Positions 1 through 12,086 of a stretch of 64,000 nt of DNA are shown one piece after another. This stretch comes from Octopus bimaculoides (taxonomy: Eukaryota): NCBI RefSeq assembly GCF_001194135.2, contig NC_069001.1, positions 23,484,481 through 23,548,480 of the forward strand, written 5' to 3'. Position 1 is the stretch's first letter. Every line of letters starts with the position of its first letter. A model generated the notes under the pieces. It did not search any database. It worked only from the letters and a program-made list of their open reading frames with translations, and was not told where the DNA came from. Position numbers and translations under genes: made by a program.

Positions 1-360
1 TTGCACTGGACCATTCCACTAGTGCTCTTTTTTATTATGAGTTGCTATGGCTTCCACCAAAGTGTGGGTTCTTATTTCTTTGTCCTCTGGGTTATCCTTT
101 TGACAGATCACATTATAGAGTGTCCTAGTTACAGCATCATGTCTCACCAGCAGATAATACCATGATGAGGTTTTTGGACAACTTCTTATGATGTGGGTGA
201 TATCTTCGGTGTTAATTCCACAAAGTCTGCATCAGTTGTCACATTTTACTGCTTTTCCTGTATCGCTATCCCATTTGTGCATCAGATATTTGGTCGATGT
301 TTCCTGTTCTGGAATTGCAAACGCTTACACTTCAAAGTGGGAGGTAGTAATCCAGCTATT
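1..360 (-). mobile_element. R4/Dong-like non-LTR retrotransposon fragment (zinc-knuckle/RHD region), decayed
   Basis: Minus-strand translation with stops: TSHFEV*AFAIPEQETSTKYL...CRLCGINTEDITHIIRSCPKTSSWYYLLVRHDAVTRTLYN, the CCHC plus RHD motif that precedes the restriction-like endonuclease. Confidence 0.85.
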
Positions 361-519
361 CGTCTATGATAAATATGATAAGGTAGGTAGGTAGGTATTG
401 ATGGATACATGCATCCATTCGTTCATTCATGTTTTTAACTAAGTGACAGTGGTAGTTATGTAGATGAATAGGATGATAAAAATATCATTCTTACAGGATG
501 TCATTGTTGCTTAATCCCA

Positions 520-660
520 GGTCATCTTTGAGTATGTTCACTGCCTCTTTGACTGCCTCCTAGATAATTGGAGTATCTTCAAGTTCTCTGTTTCACTGGG
601 CCTTAGAAATGCTTGGTGATGCCCATCTCCCCTTCAAGCATTTAATCTCTCATTATGTTT
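520..660 (-). mobile_element. RTE LINE fragment, inverted relative to the neighbouring copy
   Basis: Minus strand reads EDTPII*EAVKEAVNILKD, homologous to EGTPILQEKAAEALCMLKDGKSP at about 1117-1190 on the plus strand. Confidence 0.55.
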
Positions 661-698
661 AGCCTGCTAGCAGGAGCAGTTACCAAGGATGGCCGAGA

Positions 699-1260
699 AT
701 GCTCTTGGTGGAAAAAGTGAGAGTCAGATGTGAATCAGTGTACCCATCCATCCCAAAGGATGTTGTTGCTGGAAAACAAAGTATTCTCTCCACCAGAACA
801 AGATGCAACACTATGAGTAGGAAGGTTAGTCAGAAAATGAGGGAAGCAAAGCAGAAAGGAATAGCAGACCAGTATAAAACCATTGAAGCTGGGATAAAGA
901 AGGGCAACAGCAAAGTTGCTTATGGAACCCTCAAATTCCTAACAGAAACAAAGAAACACACCACCACTATCATTGAAAGAAAAGCAGGCCTGCACCTCAC
1001 AGATTAGACAGATGTCATAAAAAGACAATCTGAGTATTGCAAAGATCTTTACAATCTCAAACTCAGACATGACACCAACATCCTGGACCACTTCAACAAC
1101 AGCAAAAGAAGAAAACTTGGAGGGACACCAATTCTCCAAGAGAAAGCTGCAGAGGCATTGTGCATGCTCAAAGATGGAAAATCCCCTAGAGGGGACAGAG
1201 AAAATCCTGGTCTGGCATCAAGGACTGAAGAGAGATCAGTGGCAATGTTTGACTGCAAAA
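699..1260 (+). mobile_element. RTE-clade LINE ORF fragment (APE-RT linker), decayed
   Basis: KMREAKQKGIADQYKTIEAGIKKGNSKVAYGTLKFLT...DVIKRQSEYCKDLYN...LKDGKSP, typical of the RTE linker and RT start; contains stops and frameshifts. Confidence 0.8.
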
Positions 1261-1658
1261 ACATCTAGAGTGGCACTGCAACAGTCGGCTGTATCAGTTA
1301 AGGGAACTCGATGAGAATGATAAAGAGTGGATATAGCATTCAAAATCCAGAGTAAATCAATCAAAAATGCTATATCATGTTCACATGTTCAATAGAATTT
1401 AATCATATACTTTTTGGACTGTGTGTGTGTGTGTGTGTTTATGTGTGCATGGAGAAAAGAAGCGCATTCTCATGCAGGAGAGAATATAGGAGAGTTGGTT
1501 TAGTGGGGCTGAAAATGCACCCGAGTCTTAAAATGTGTTGTAACAGATTTATTAAAATAGCAAACTGGTTTCAACTATATTTGTTTTATGATGGTAAATA
1601 AAAAAAAGTCAAAGAGAAAATAAAGGTACAAGAAAAGATTCAGAAAAACAAGCTTTAA

Positions 1659-1877
1659 CCCTTTGGCATTCAGATTTTTCTATCAAATTAATACTTAGTA
1701 ATCCACATTAACTTAAATTAATCATGAATTATATTGCAGCTTTGAGAATTGGATGGTGTGATTGTTTATTTTTAGAATAATATTGTAGCATAGGTGTGAG
1801 AGGCCAGATCTGGTTAGTTTAAACATAAAGCAAGAAGAATATTTAGGCTAGATATGGCTGATTTACATGCTAAAGGG
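1659..1877. mobile_element. piggyBac-type MITE (219 bp)
   Basis: TTAA at 1655-1658 and 1878-1881; termini CCCTTTGGCAT ... ATGCTAAAGGG. Confidence 0.85.
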
Positions 1878-2133
1878 TTAAAAGATCAATTGTTCACTCA
1901 AATTCCAATATTCAATAAGTTTCAGAGAGATAGACAGTTATGCAAGTTCAAATGTTTAATGAATTTCATAACAGTCATTCATGATTGAAAGTTCAGTAAC
2001 TTCATCATGTTTAATTGTTAATATCACTCAATATTCATTTCCTTTGAATACCATTTTTGTCTCCAACACCACAGGCCCTTGCCAGAATGTTGGAACTCTG
2101 AAATCTCTTCCTTCCTCCAAATTCATTCCCTTG

Positions 2134-2210
2134 TTCACTCATAAAATGTCGAGGGGAAAGATAATGCTGTCAGTCTCATGTGTCCACGAGGGCTTGCAAA
2201 TGCCATGGGG
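2134..2210 (-). CDS. Candidate terminal coding exon of an unidentified gene
   Basis: Acceptor GCTTTTACTTTACTTTCAG; short open frames to stop (PMAFASPRGHMRLTALSFPSTFYE* or PHGICKPSWTHETDSIIFPLDIL*); non-repetitive sequence; no homology recognised. Confidence 0.3.
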
Positions 2211-2341
2211 CTGAAAGTAAAGTAAAAGCTGTACACATGCATACACTCACACAAATATGCATACATATACATATCCATGCCACATGTATTTATGTATACA
2301 CATGCTCACACGTGTGTATATATATATATATATATATATAT

Positions 2342-2863
2342 NNNNNNNNNNNNNNNNNNNNNNNNNNNNNNNNNNNNNNNNNNNNNNNNNNNNNNNNNNN
2401 NNNNNNNNNNNNNNNNNNNNNNNNNNNNNNNNNNNNNNNNNNNNNNNNNNNNNNNNNNNNNNNNNNNNNNNNNNNNNNNNNNNNNNNNNNNNNNNNNNNN
2501 NNNNNNNNNNNNNNNNNNNNNNNNNNNNNNNNNNNNNNNNNNNNNNNNNNNNNNNNNNNNNNNNNNNNNNNNNNNNNNNNNNNNNNNNNNNNNNNNNNNN
2601 NNNNNNNNNNNNNNNNNNNNNNNNNNNNNNNNNNNNNNNNNNNNNNNNNNNNNNNNNNNNNNNNNNNNNNNNNNNNNNNNNNNNNNNNNNNNNNNNNNNN
2701 NNNNNNNNNNNNNNNNNNNNNNNNNNNNNNNNNNNNNNNNNNNNNNNNNNNNNNNNNNNNNNNNNNNNNNNNNNNNNNNNNNNNNNNNNNNNNNNNNNNN
2801 NNNNNNNNNNNNNNNNNNNNNNNNNNNNNNNNNNNNNNNNNNNNNNNNNNNNNNNNNNNNNNN
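2342..2863. other. Assembly gap
   Basis: N-run preceded by (TA)n. Confidence 1.
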
Positions 2864-3408
2864 ACGTTAAACGATGATGATGATGATGATGATGATGATA
2901 TATATAAATAAATGGAGTTAAATGCAGGTGTTATTCAAATTCTTTTACTTTCAACACATGTTTTGAAGATATCACTGGTATTATTCCAAAGGAATAAAAT
3001 GGTGTAAAACAATGTAATCTTGTCTTCAGGGAAATGAAGAAATGAAACTCGTGAATAAGACATTTTAACAGAAAATGATGGATATGTATAGTGATTAACT
3101 GAATGCTATTAAGTTTGTTTCAAAAACACGTTAGAGGATATAATGTCAAAGGTAGGCTATAGAAAAGGGAGGGGTAAAGGAAAGAAAAAACCAAATAAAT
3201 GAGAAGTATATAACAATATGTAAATTAAATAAAACCATATAGACTTGGAAAAAGATATATCTAGTGAATGTGAAATGTAAGAAGAAAATTAATGTTTAAA
3301 TTATATATAATGATAGATATCACTTATATAAACTAAAGGTGTGTTTCTACCAATGTTTACATCAGTAAACCGTGTTTACAAGGGGATTTTTAGAAAAAAG
3401 ATCAGAGA

Positions 3409-3445
<37 letters not shown>

Positions 3446-3672
3446 GTATATACAAATATATAAGTATACAGACATATACAAAAAAATCCTGTGAAATCTA
3501 TGAAGGTAGAGTTGGTAGATCCAGTGGTAATCCATGTGGAGTGCTATTATGTGGATGAGGAGAGGTGCTGAAAGTTCAGGAAGTGGTTCAGATAGGCAAG
3601 TCTAAAGAGTAGGAAGTTGAGTCAGGATCAAAACTGGGGTAACCATGTGAGTGTATAATGTATCATTAAAAT

Positions 3673-4044
3673 TTATAGAAGAATAAAAGATGAAGACAAG
3701 CAAAGAAGCAAGTGTATTGGTTTGACACTTGGGGAAAAATGAAAAAGTCTTTTGTTTCCTGCCTACACTCTTCAACAGAAAGGAATAAGAGGAAATATAC
3801 AAGGAGAATGAAAAAAAACTTGTAGACTTCAGTGGTCAAGCATGGTGAATCATGTTCATTTGCCATGCTGGAGTGCTGAAATCTACAAATTTTTTTCATT
3901 CTCTCTCTGTATATTTTCACTTATTCCTTTCTGTTGAAGAGTGTAGGCAGGAAACATAAAAGACTTTTTCATTTTTCCTGATCATCAAACTAATATACTT
4001 GCTTGTTGTCTGTACACCTGTCTTCGTCTTTTGTTTTTCTATAA
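3673..4044. repeat. About 370-bp imperfect palindrome (foldback element) with a hammerhead-like motif in each arm
   Basis: Arms 3673-3832 and 3876-4044 are reverse complements; the centre is also self-complementary (AGCATGG..TGAA.CATG.TTCA..CCATGCT). Confidence 0.85.
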
Positions 4045-4066
4045 GTTTCAACTATTCATACATATA

Positions 4067-4941
4067 CAGGCATAACTCGACTTACTTCACTTTGATTTAA
4101 GTCATTCTTGATTATACCTAGATTTTTAAAAATAATATATGGGAAAATAAAAATCAAGTTGTCATTTTATTCGACTTTACATCTGTTCGTCACAAATGTT
4201 GGAATCATAAAATCACTAGAAAACTGTTAAAAGCACATAAAATCATGTTACTGTACAATAAATAAGAATAAAAGCATATAAAATGATATGAAAATACGTA
4301 CAGTAAATGTTAAGATACACACCATAAAGTAGTGTAGCTTAGTGAATGAAATCATGATTTCTTTCACTTAGCTACACTACTTTATGGTGTCTTATTTATC
4401 AGTCTTCCAGAGCTCATATTGCACTGTAGTTCCAGTATCTACTGTTAGGTGTCGTTGTCACTTCTGATTCCCATGACTGTTTTGAATTCAGATTTGTTTA
4501 TGTCTCTTTATGAGTTTCTTTTTCATTCTCATTCATTTGTGACTTTATTTTTTGCCCTCATGGCTCTTAAGAACATTCATAGTGAAAGTGCTAAGTGTCG
4601 TGCTATAATGCTGGAAGATAAGCTGGCTGTGATAAAATGCCATGGAAAAGGTGAAAAATTGGTAGCAATTGCACAATCTTTTGGGATGAGTTGGACATCT
4701 GTATCAATGATTGTACATCACAAGGAGAAGATTTTAACACACATGGTTTTTATTAACCATGTATTAATGAAAATGCATTCATAAATAAAGTACAGAACTG
4801 GGAATGGTTATTATTGTTTAGCCTAGATATAAGTAAATTCGACCTTGCCTAGCCTAGAGACAAGTTAATTTGGCTTAAGCCATTTTTTGACTTAAGTCAT
4901 GTCTCCTGAAACCAATTAACAACGTAGGGTGAGGTATGCCT
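4067..4941 (+). mobile_element. Tigger/pogo-like non-autonomous DNA transposon with CENP-B-type HTH remnant
   Basis: TA-flanked TIRs CAGGCATAACTCGACTTAC / GTAGGGTGAGGTATGCCT; internal RAIMLEDKLAVIKCHGKGEKLVAIAQSFGMSWTSVSMIVHHKEKIL. Confidence 0.85.
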
Positions 4942-5004
4942 TATATACATACACACTATATTTGTATATATATATTCAGTATTTATAAATATAAATATAT
5001 ACAC

Positions 5005-5175
5005 AGAAGCAGGTGTAGCTGTGTGGTAAGAAGTTTACTTCCCAACCATGTGGTCTCTAGTTCACTGCATGGCACCTTGGGCAAGTGCCTTCTACCATAG
5101 CCTTGGACCAACTAAGGCTTGAGAGTGGATTTGGTAGACAGAAACTGAAAGAAGCCCATTGTGTGTGTGTGTGAG
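5005..5175 (+). mobile_element. tRNA-derived SINE family A (MetaSINE-like core), 5' part
   Basis: GTAGCTGTGTGGTAAGAAG head, then CCTTGGGCAAGTG...GAGTGGATTTGGTAGACAGAAACTGAAAGAAGCCC core. Confidence 0.85.
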
Positions 5176-6074
5176 TGTATAAAATGATGCAAAAAAGGAA
5201 ACATAAAAGTGCAACATAGACTTCCAACCTGTCCAGGATGACAACAATTTGAATAAGAACCCTTCTAACCCTTAATGACCCCATTTGATCAATAACAGTA
5301 TGGGTAGTGGATGTTAAATAATGATGATGATGTCTCTGCCACCACCCACTCCCCTGTTACAAACACTGATGTTAATGATATTTCTTTTTTAATTAATTGG
5401 CAAGGTTAATTTTGCTATTAATCCTTTCAGAGTAAAAAAAAACAAAAAGAAAAAACAAAAAAACCCCCCGAAAAATATTTAAAATCTTGACGGGTTTACT
5501 TGGATTGTCAGTGTTGGATGAGTTGCCTTCAATAATGTATTCTTGCTGTTCTTGTTTGCAGATTGATTTCAGTTTCCATTTGCTATCACTAGCCTCCTTC
5601 ACTGCCAGGAAACAAGCACTTCAGAATCCAGCAAAAAGTGATAAATTGCTAAAATTAGTCTGGGAAATGCATCGATTGGAGCAATATCATGATTCCATCT
5701 CTATGCAATTAATGCACACTTGTGCTCAAGTACGATAAACAGTTGGATAGAAAAGAATATTGAATATCTAATTAGTCAGACAAAAGGTCAGGGCCTCCTA
5801 CAGATTTAGGGTTACTGGAGGTAATTTGCAATATCTGTGTTTTGGTTTTTTTTTTGTGTAATTTTGTAATTTTGAATTTTCTGGTTATTTCAATGACAAA
5901 TTTCAGTTCAAGATTTCATACAGAAATATATCTACAAGGGGGTGCTGAAAAGTTCTTTGCTTTGGGTAAAAGAAAACACGAGGATTTTTCCAACCATCAT
6001 CTGTTACCAAACAAGGTAATATTTCCCATGACCAGACATGTTTTTACTTAATACTGGTAATAAAATGACTATGC

Positions 6075-6300
6075 TTGCATGACATAGACACTCATTTACA
6101 ACTACTACATTATATCAAGGCAAGGACACAATGACAAATACACACACACACACACAGAGGCTTCTTTCAGTTTCCATCTACCAAATACACTAGTAAGTCA
6201 GTTAGGTAGGTGTTATAATAGAAGTGACTTGCCCTAGGTATCACACAATGGAAATAAACTGAAAACAATATGGTTAGGAAATGAACTTCTTAACCACATG
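6075..6300 (-). mobile_element. SINE family A, decayed
   Basis: Reverse-complement core GGCTTCTTTCAGTTTCCATCTACCAAAT. Confidence 0.75.
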
Positions 6301-6330
6301 GCCATATATATATATATATATATATGTATG

Positions 6331-6465
6331 TATAAACAAAATTAAGGGATCAGCAACAGGTTGCTTCACCACATACCGAAGTTCAGAAATAGCAGCTAAA
6401 AATGCTGAAACTCCAACAGATAGCAGGTGAAGCAACCTGTTGCTGATCCCTTAATTTTGTTTATA
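6331..6465. repeat. Perfect 40-bp inverted repeat with 55-bp spacer
   Basis: TATAAACAAAATTAAGGGATCAGCAACAGGTTGCTTCACC (6331-6370) and its exact reverse complement (6426-6465). Confidence 0.95.
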
Positions 6466-6589
6466 AATGTATAAGAACTTTTAAATAAGTTCCACACCGA
6501 TAATGGTGCTTACATACCGAAGGGCTTGGTAAAAATTATTAATTATTAATTTATTAATAAATTGATAATCCTTTACCCTTTTAATTGTA

Positions 6590-6636
<47 letters not shown>

Positions 6637-7133
6637 NNNNNNNNNNNNNNNNNNNNNNNNNNNNNNNNNNNNNNNNNNNNNNNNNNNNNNNNNNNNNNNN
6701 NNNNNNNNNNNNNNNNNNNNNNNNNNNNNNNNNNNNNNNNNNNNNNNNNNNNNNNNNNNNNNNNNNNNNNNNNNNNNNNNNNNNNNNNNNNNNNNNNNNN
6801 NNNNNNNNNNNNNNNNNNNNNNNNNNNNNNNNNNNNNNNNNNNNNNNNNNNNNNNNNNNNNNNNNNNNNNNNNNNNNNNNNNNNNNNNNNNNNNNNNNNN
6901 NNNNNNNNNNNNNNNNNNNNNNNNNNNNNNNNNNNNNNNNNNNNNNNNNNNNNNNNNNNNNNNNNNNNNNNNNNNNNNNNNNNNNNNNNNNNNNNNNNNN
7001 NNNNNNNNNNNNNNNNNNNNNNNNNNNNNNNNNNNNNNNNNNNNNNNNNNNNNNNNNNNNNNNNNNNNNNNNNNNNNNNNNNNNNNNNNNNNNNNNNNNN
7101 NNNNNNNNNNNNNNNNNNNNNNNNNNNNNNNNN
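6637..7133. other. Assembly gap
   Basis: N-run between (TA)n tracts. Confidence 1.
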
Positions 7134-7183
<50 letters not shown>

Positions 7184-7311
7184 CCTACAATGCATTGAAT
7201 GATTGTTTGAAAATAGATGGCATACTGTTCAAGCTTCCTAAATTTTGTGTTTACAGTGGTGTGAAACTAATAGTAGTTTGAATTAAAATCCTGTGTATCT
7301 TAAATGATATT

Positions 7312-8160
7312 CATCATCATCATCATCGTCGTTTAACGTCTGTTTTCCATGCTGGCATGGGTTGGATGGTTTGTCTGAGGGCTGGTGAGCCAGCAGGCTG
7401 CACCCGGCTCCAATCCAATCTAGCAATGCACCTATGGCTGAATGCCCTTCCTAACGCCAACCATTCCAAGAGTGTAGTGGGTGCTTTTTTATGTGCCACC
7501 GGCATTAGGGCCAGTCAGGCAGTACTGGCATCAGCTACCCTCGAATGGTACTTTTTACGTGCCACTGGCATGGGAGCCAGTCAGCCGGCACTGGCATCAA
7601 CCACACTTGAATGGTGCTTTGTATGTGCTACCGGCATGGGTGCTAATCAGGTGGTACTGTCATCAGCCATGACAACGACATCACTTGCCTCAACAGGTCT
7701 TCGCAAGTGCAGTTTATTGCCCAATGATTGAAGGGTACTCTTAAATGGGCTGGTTATGCTGCACTGGTATAGGCCATGGTTACAGTCTCACTTGGTTTGC
7801 CAGGTCTTCTCAAGGAGAGCATATCTCCAAAGGTCTCGGTCACTAGTCATTGCCTTGGTGAGGCCTAGTGTTTGAAGGTCGTGCTTCACCACCTCATCCC
7901 AGGTCTTCCTTGGTCTACTTCTTCGTCAGGTTCCCTCTACTGCTAGGGTGTGACACTTTTTCACACAGCTATCTTCATCCATTCGTACCACATGACCATA
8001 CCAATGCAGTCATCTCATCTGATGCTTCTTAGGTTCAACTTTTCTCTCAAGGTACTTACACTCTGTCGTGGATGCACACTGACATTACACATCCAGTGGA
8101 GCATACTGGTTTCATTCCTTGCAAACTTATGCATGTCCTCAGCTGCCATGGCCCATAAAA
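7312..8160 (-). mobile_element. 5'-truncated RTE LINE: ORF C-terminus, 3' UTR with about 60-bp internal repeats, (ATG)n tail
   Basis: SMLHWMCNVSVHPRQSVSTLREKLNLRSIR... on the minus strand; 3' UTR GGTTGGCGTTAGGAAGGGCAT...GACGTTAAACGACGATGATG. Confidence 0.9.
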
Positions 8161-8227
8161 TTTCTTTATTTGTGTATTAAGGCTACAGTTAGTTTCACGT
8201 TAAGAAAAATTATCCTAATATCTTAAC

Positions 8228-8287
<60 letters not shown>

Positions 8288-8289
8288 GT

Positions 8290-8510
8290 ATATCTGTTTA
8301 TGTGTCTTTGTGTTTATCCCCTACCACTGCCTAACAACTAATGTTGTTGTGTTTACATACCTGTGACCTTGTGGTTCAGCAAAAGTAACCAATACAATAT
8401 GTACAAGGCTTTAAAAAAACGTACTGGGGCCAATTCATTCAACAAAAATATTCTTCAAGGCAGTGCTCCAGCATGGCAACAGTCTAATGACTGAAACAAA
8501 AGATAAAAGC
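8290..8510 (+). mobile_element. SINE family A, 3' half
   Basis: GGCAGTGCTCCAGCATGGCAACAGTCTAATGACTGAAACAAAAG tail. Confidence 0.75.
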
Positions 8511-8563
8511 AATATATAACTACTAAGTTTGTTAGTGGATACCTCTGGTAGTATTGATAACAA

Positions 8564-10286
8564 CACTATACAACAAATTTCAGGATCAAGAAAAAAACAT
8601 GGCCCACATGTACCTTTTATTATGAAGTCGATTGTGCTAAAGTCAAATTTTATGACAAAAATTTCCCACCACGTCATATTTTCTTGTGAATTACTGACTT
8701 AATATCTATGCAGTTTATACCAATTTCCATGATACCATAAATCTATTTTGTTCCCAAAGTCAGATTAAATATGTCCAGTGTGATTAATTCATAAATATAT
8801 GATGAATCAGCATGTTTGTTAGCATTTTAGTATTTATTTCTTTGTCTATAAGACATCTCAGGTGTGTCATGCTTCAGGTTCCAGCAGAAGTCAGCCAGCA
8901 TAGCTGGGATCCATTTTCCCTTATACCTGTTTTCTATTGATGCTATATCTTGATGGAACCTCTCTCCATGTTCATCACTCACATCTCCTGCATTCCCTGG
9001 GAAGAAAGACAGATGAGAATGAATGTATCTTCAATGACATATTGCATCTGAGATCTTGGTAGCATTTGATTAGGCTCTCCACTGTACTCTTTTGCTGGGC
9101 CACTTGATACTTTCTCAGAAGTCATTTGCATACATCTTTGAATGGATACCAGGCTGCTAGCTCAGTTTCATCCATTTTCACTTCAAAGTCCTCATCAGCT
9201 ATAAGTTGACGAATCTGAGGGCCTACGAATATGCTCTCTTCAATCTTAGCATTACTTATTTTAGGGAAGATCGTCTTGAAGTACTGGAAACATGGCTTAT
9301 TATGTTGCAGTGCTTCATTAGGCCTAGTTTTATATGCTATGGTGGCAAAATGATTTTCTCCTTAACTAGTGGCTCATGATGTACATTATGGCATCCAGGC
9401 ATCATAGTTTCCTGAGGTGACCATTCTGAGCATACATAATGTTCTGATCTAGCCCTACTGTCCCAAATGAAGCACATAAACTTAGTGTATCTAGTTTGTA
9501 GCCCATTAAGTAGGGTTACTTCATTCAAGTCCACACAGATTAGCCACTCATGCTCCTTGTAACTTATGTGTTCTAGAATAAAAGCGAGGTTCTCATATGT
9601 CTCTCTTGAAATGACTGAGTGAGCAATTGGAACTGAAGGCGTGGTGTTCCCAATGTGCAACAGAACTGCTTTTATACTGTAAAGGAATGCATCAATGAAT
9701 AACCTCCACTCATTTGGTTCATAGGTCAGCTCAAGGGTATTAAACAGGTCTCTGATATCATTACAATAAGTTGTTTTCCAAAGTGAAGAATTGCTGTAGA
9801 TCTGCAGAATGTTTCCTAAATACTGTTATTCGAGCATCTTTATCCAACAGGTTCCATTGATGCAGACATGAGTCCAGAACTTCACTCTGTTGCTTAGTAA
9901 GTGTTAGATCACAAACTAGATCATTGAGTTCAGGTTGGGTGATGAGGTATGGTTTCTTTTCAGATCTACGGATTTGGACCCATATGACTATAAAAAATAT
10001 TGAGTGCACTTTTATAATTTTCATAGGTTAGATTGACAAATACATTAGGAATACCTCATTAAAATTATATCCGAATCTGTTCATAACTTTTGCAGTTGTC
10101 AGTCTCAGCTCAATCCCATTTGCACTCAATTCCTACGAAATCATCAGTGAATTTAACGTAAGATAGTAATTTACAAGAAAATGAAGGGTCACCAAAAGAA
10201 ATGGATGTTATATTCGTGATTTACACACAAAATACCCCTAGAAAAGGATTTTCCCATTTCCGTTTTTTTTCCATTGTTATGCAGTG
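8564..10286 (-). mobile_element. Chapaev3-like (CMC superfamily) DNA transposon, decayed transposase
   Basis: Minus-strand motifs PYLITQPELNDLVCDLTLTKQQSEVLDS, HIGNTTPSVPIAHS..ETYENL, WDSRARSEHY, IILPP, FFPGNAGDVSDEHGERFHQDIASIENRYKGKW..MLADFCW; imperfect CAC-initiated TIRs CACTATACAACA / CACTGCATAACA. Superfamily name assigned from recalled motifs. Confidence 0.75.
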
Positions 10287-10339
10287 TAATTAAATACTAC
10301 AAATCCTTTTATTATGTTTAATAATGAGAGTAGTACAGT

Positions 10340-11130
10340 AGATTCTCATAGATTCTAAAGGCAACCACCATCTTTGTAATCCCTTTCTCCCACCCCCTTC
10401 CAATCATTTTCGTGTAAATATACATGAATTGCTTCCTTGGCAACTCATTATGCTCTCCCCCTCCCCTGTGTTCATGAATATGACATTTTGGTGACTTTCC
10501 ACCTGCTACCATTCACTTGTATTCTTATGTCTGTATGAGAGCTGTATACATCTTTTGCATTCATGTGAACTCCCTACCATGCATCCCATTTATATTCTCA
10601 TCCTTGTATCATGAAAGTATGCCCTGGCACATTTCTGCTACTTCTTTTACTCTCGTGCTCTCTCATTCTTGCCCTCTCTCCCTCTGACTTGGGTAACCAT
10701 GTATTTCCTCTACAGTAAGATACTTGCTTCTGTCCCTTTGTCATACTCTAACCTCTCACCACCCAGCACAAAGCCACCTACTCCAATACCACTACCCTCT
10801 CAAACTACTTTTGTCTTGCAAGTTACTTGGTGACCTCACCAGTGCTGGTGCCATGCAAAAAGCATCCAATACACTCTGTGAGGTGGTTGGCATTAGGAAG
10901 GGCAGCCAGCCATAGTAACCATGTCAAAGCAGATCTTGCTGGTGCTGGTGTCACGTAAAAAGCCCCCAGATTACTTTGTAAGGAGGTTGGCATTAGAAAT
11001 GGTATCTGGTCCTAAAAACTAAATCAAAGCAGACAGTGGAGCTTGCTGCACTTGTCTGGCTTGTCAGCTTCTGTCAAATCATCCAACACATACCAGAATG
11101 GAAAACAGATGTTAAAAAATGATGATGCTG
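10340..11130 (+). mobile_element. RTE LINE 3' UTR and tail
   Basis: GGTTGGCATTAGGAAGGGCAGCCAGC repeated, ending GGAAAACAGATGTTAAAAAATGATGATG. Confidence 0.75.
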
Positions 11131-12004
11131 AGGAGGAGGATAAATATGAACAAGGAGAATGGAATGAGCAATTCATTTCTTACATAATTTTACAATTGTT
11201 TCTTTGATATTTTATCAGCGGTTATATTGCTATATTATTATTATGATGATGATATAATGTGTGTAACAATATTTTGCATCAGATTATTATACAACTAATA
11301 TTTCAAAATTGACTCATCAGGTTCATGTATAAAATCCATTTGCTGGATTTTCTTTTATTTCAAAAATATATGCACTTCATCCAAGATGTTCTTATCATTT
11401 CATTTGTATTCCATAGTTAAAGCAAAAAAACAAATACATTATAAACCACAAATTCAGATTAACCAGTCAAGAAACAGAATGATTTATAGTGAATAAAAGA
11501 ATAAAGGAAATAAATAGACACATAAATGATGGCTAAATACATGATAACAATTTTTTTTCTCCAGAACCATACATCTATTAATAGTCAGTGTCTACTCTGA
11601 TGTTATTAAGGAGGCTGGACATACAATTCACTGTCTACAATTTAATTTGATATTGCTGCATTTTATTTAGAGTATATGGACAAAAAGTTTTGCCAACGTT
11701 TAGTTAAGTGTGAACTGCCAGCAGAATTATTTATCATATTCTCCCTCTCTCTTGAACACACAAACACAGACATTTTCCTAAATAGATAAAACTGAATTAT
11801 TTCTATGTTTAAATGTGTTTTTCCTCTAGTAATAAATAAATCAGGATATTAATTAAAGAGATTCAGAGTGGCCAGAAAATCAAAACCTACTTCCCATGTC
11901 ATTAAATATTTGTGTGTGTGTAATATAAAAAATAATAAATGGATAATTTAGAAGAACTAAAGTAAAAATATTGCATACAAATAAATTTTATATGTATGTG
12001 TGTG

Positions 12005-12086
<82 letters not shown>

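Noticed and set aside
7481-7672. About 60-bp repeated units resembling a CRISPR-like array
   Set aside because: They are internal tandem repeats of the RTE 3' UTR, also present in other copies (for example 35.8 kb). There are no unique spacers and the context is eukaryotic.
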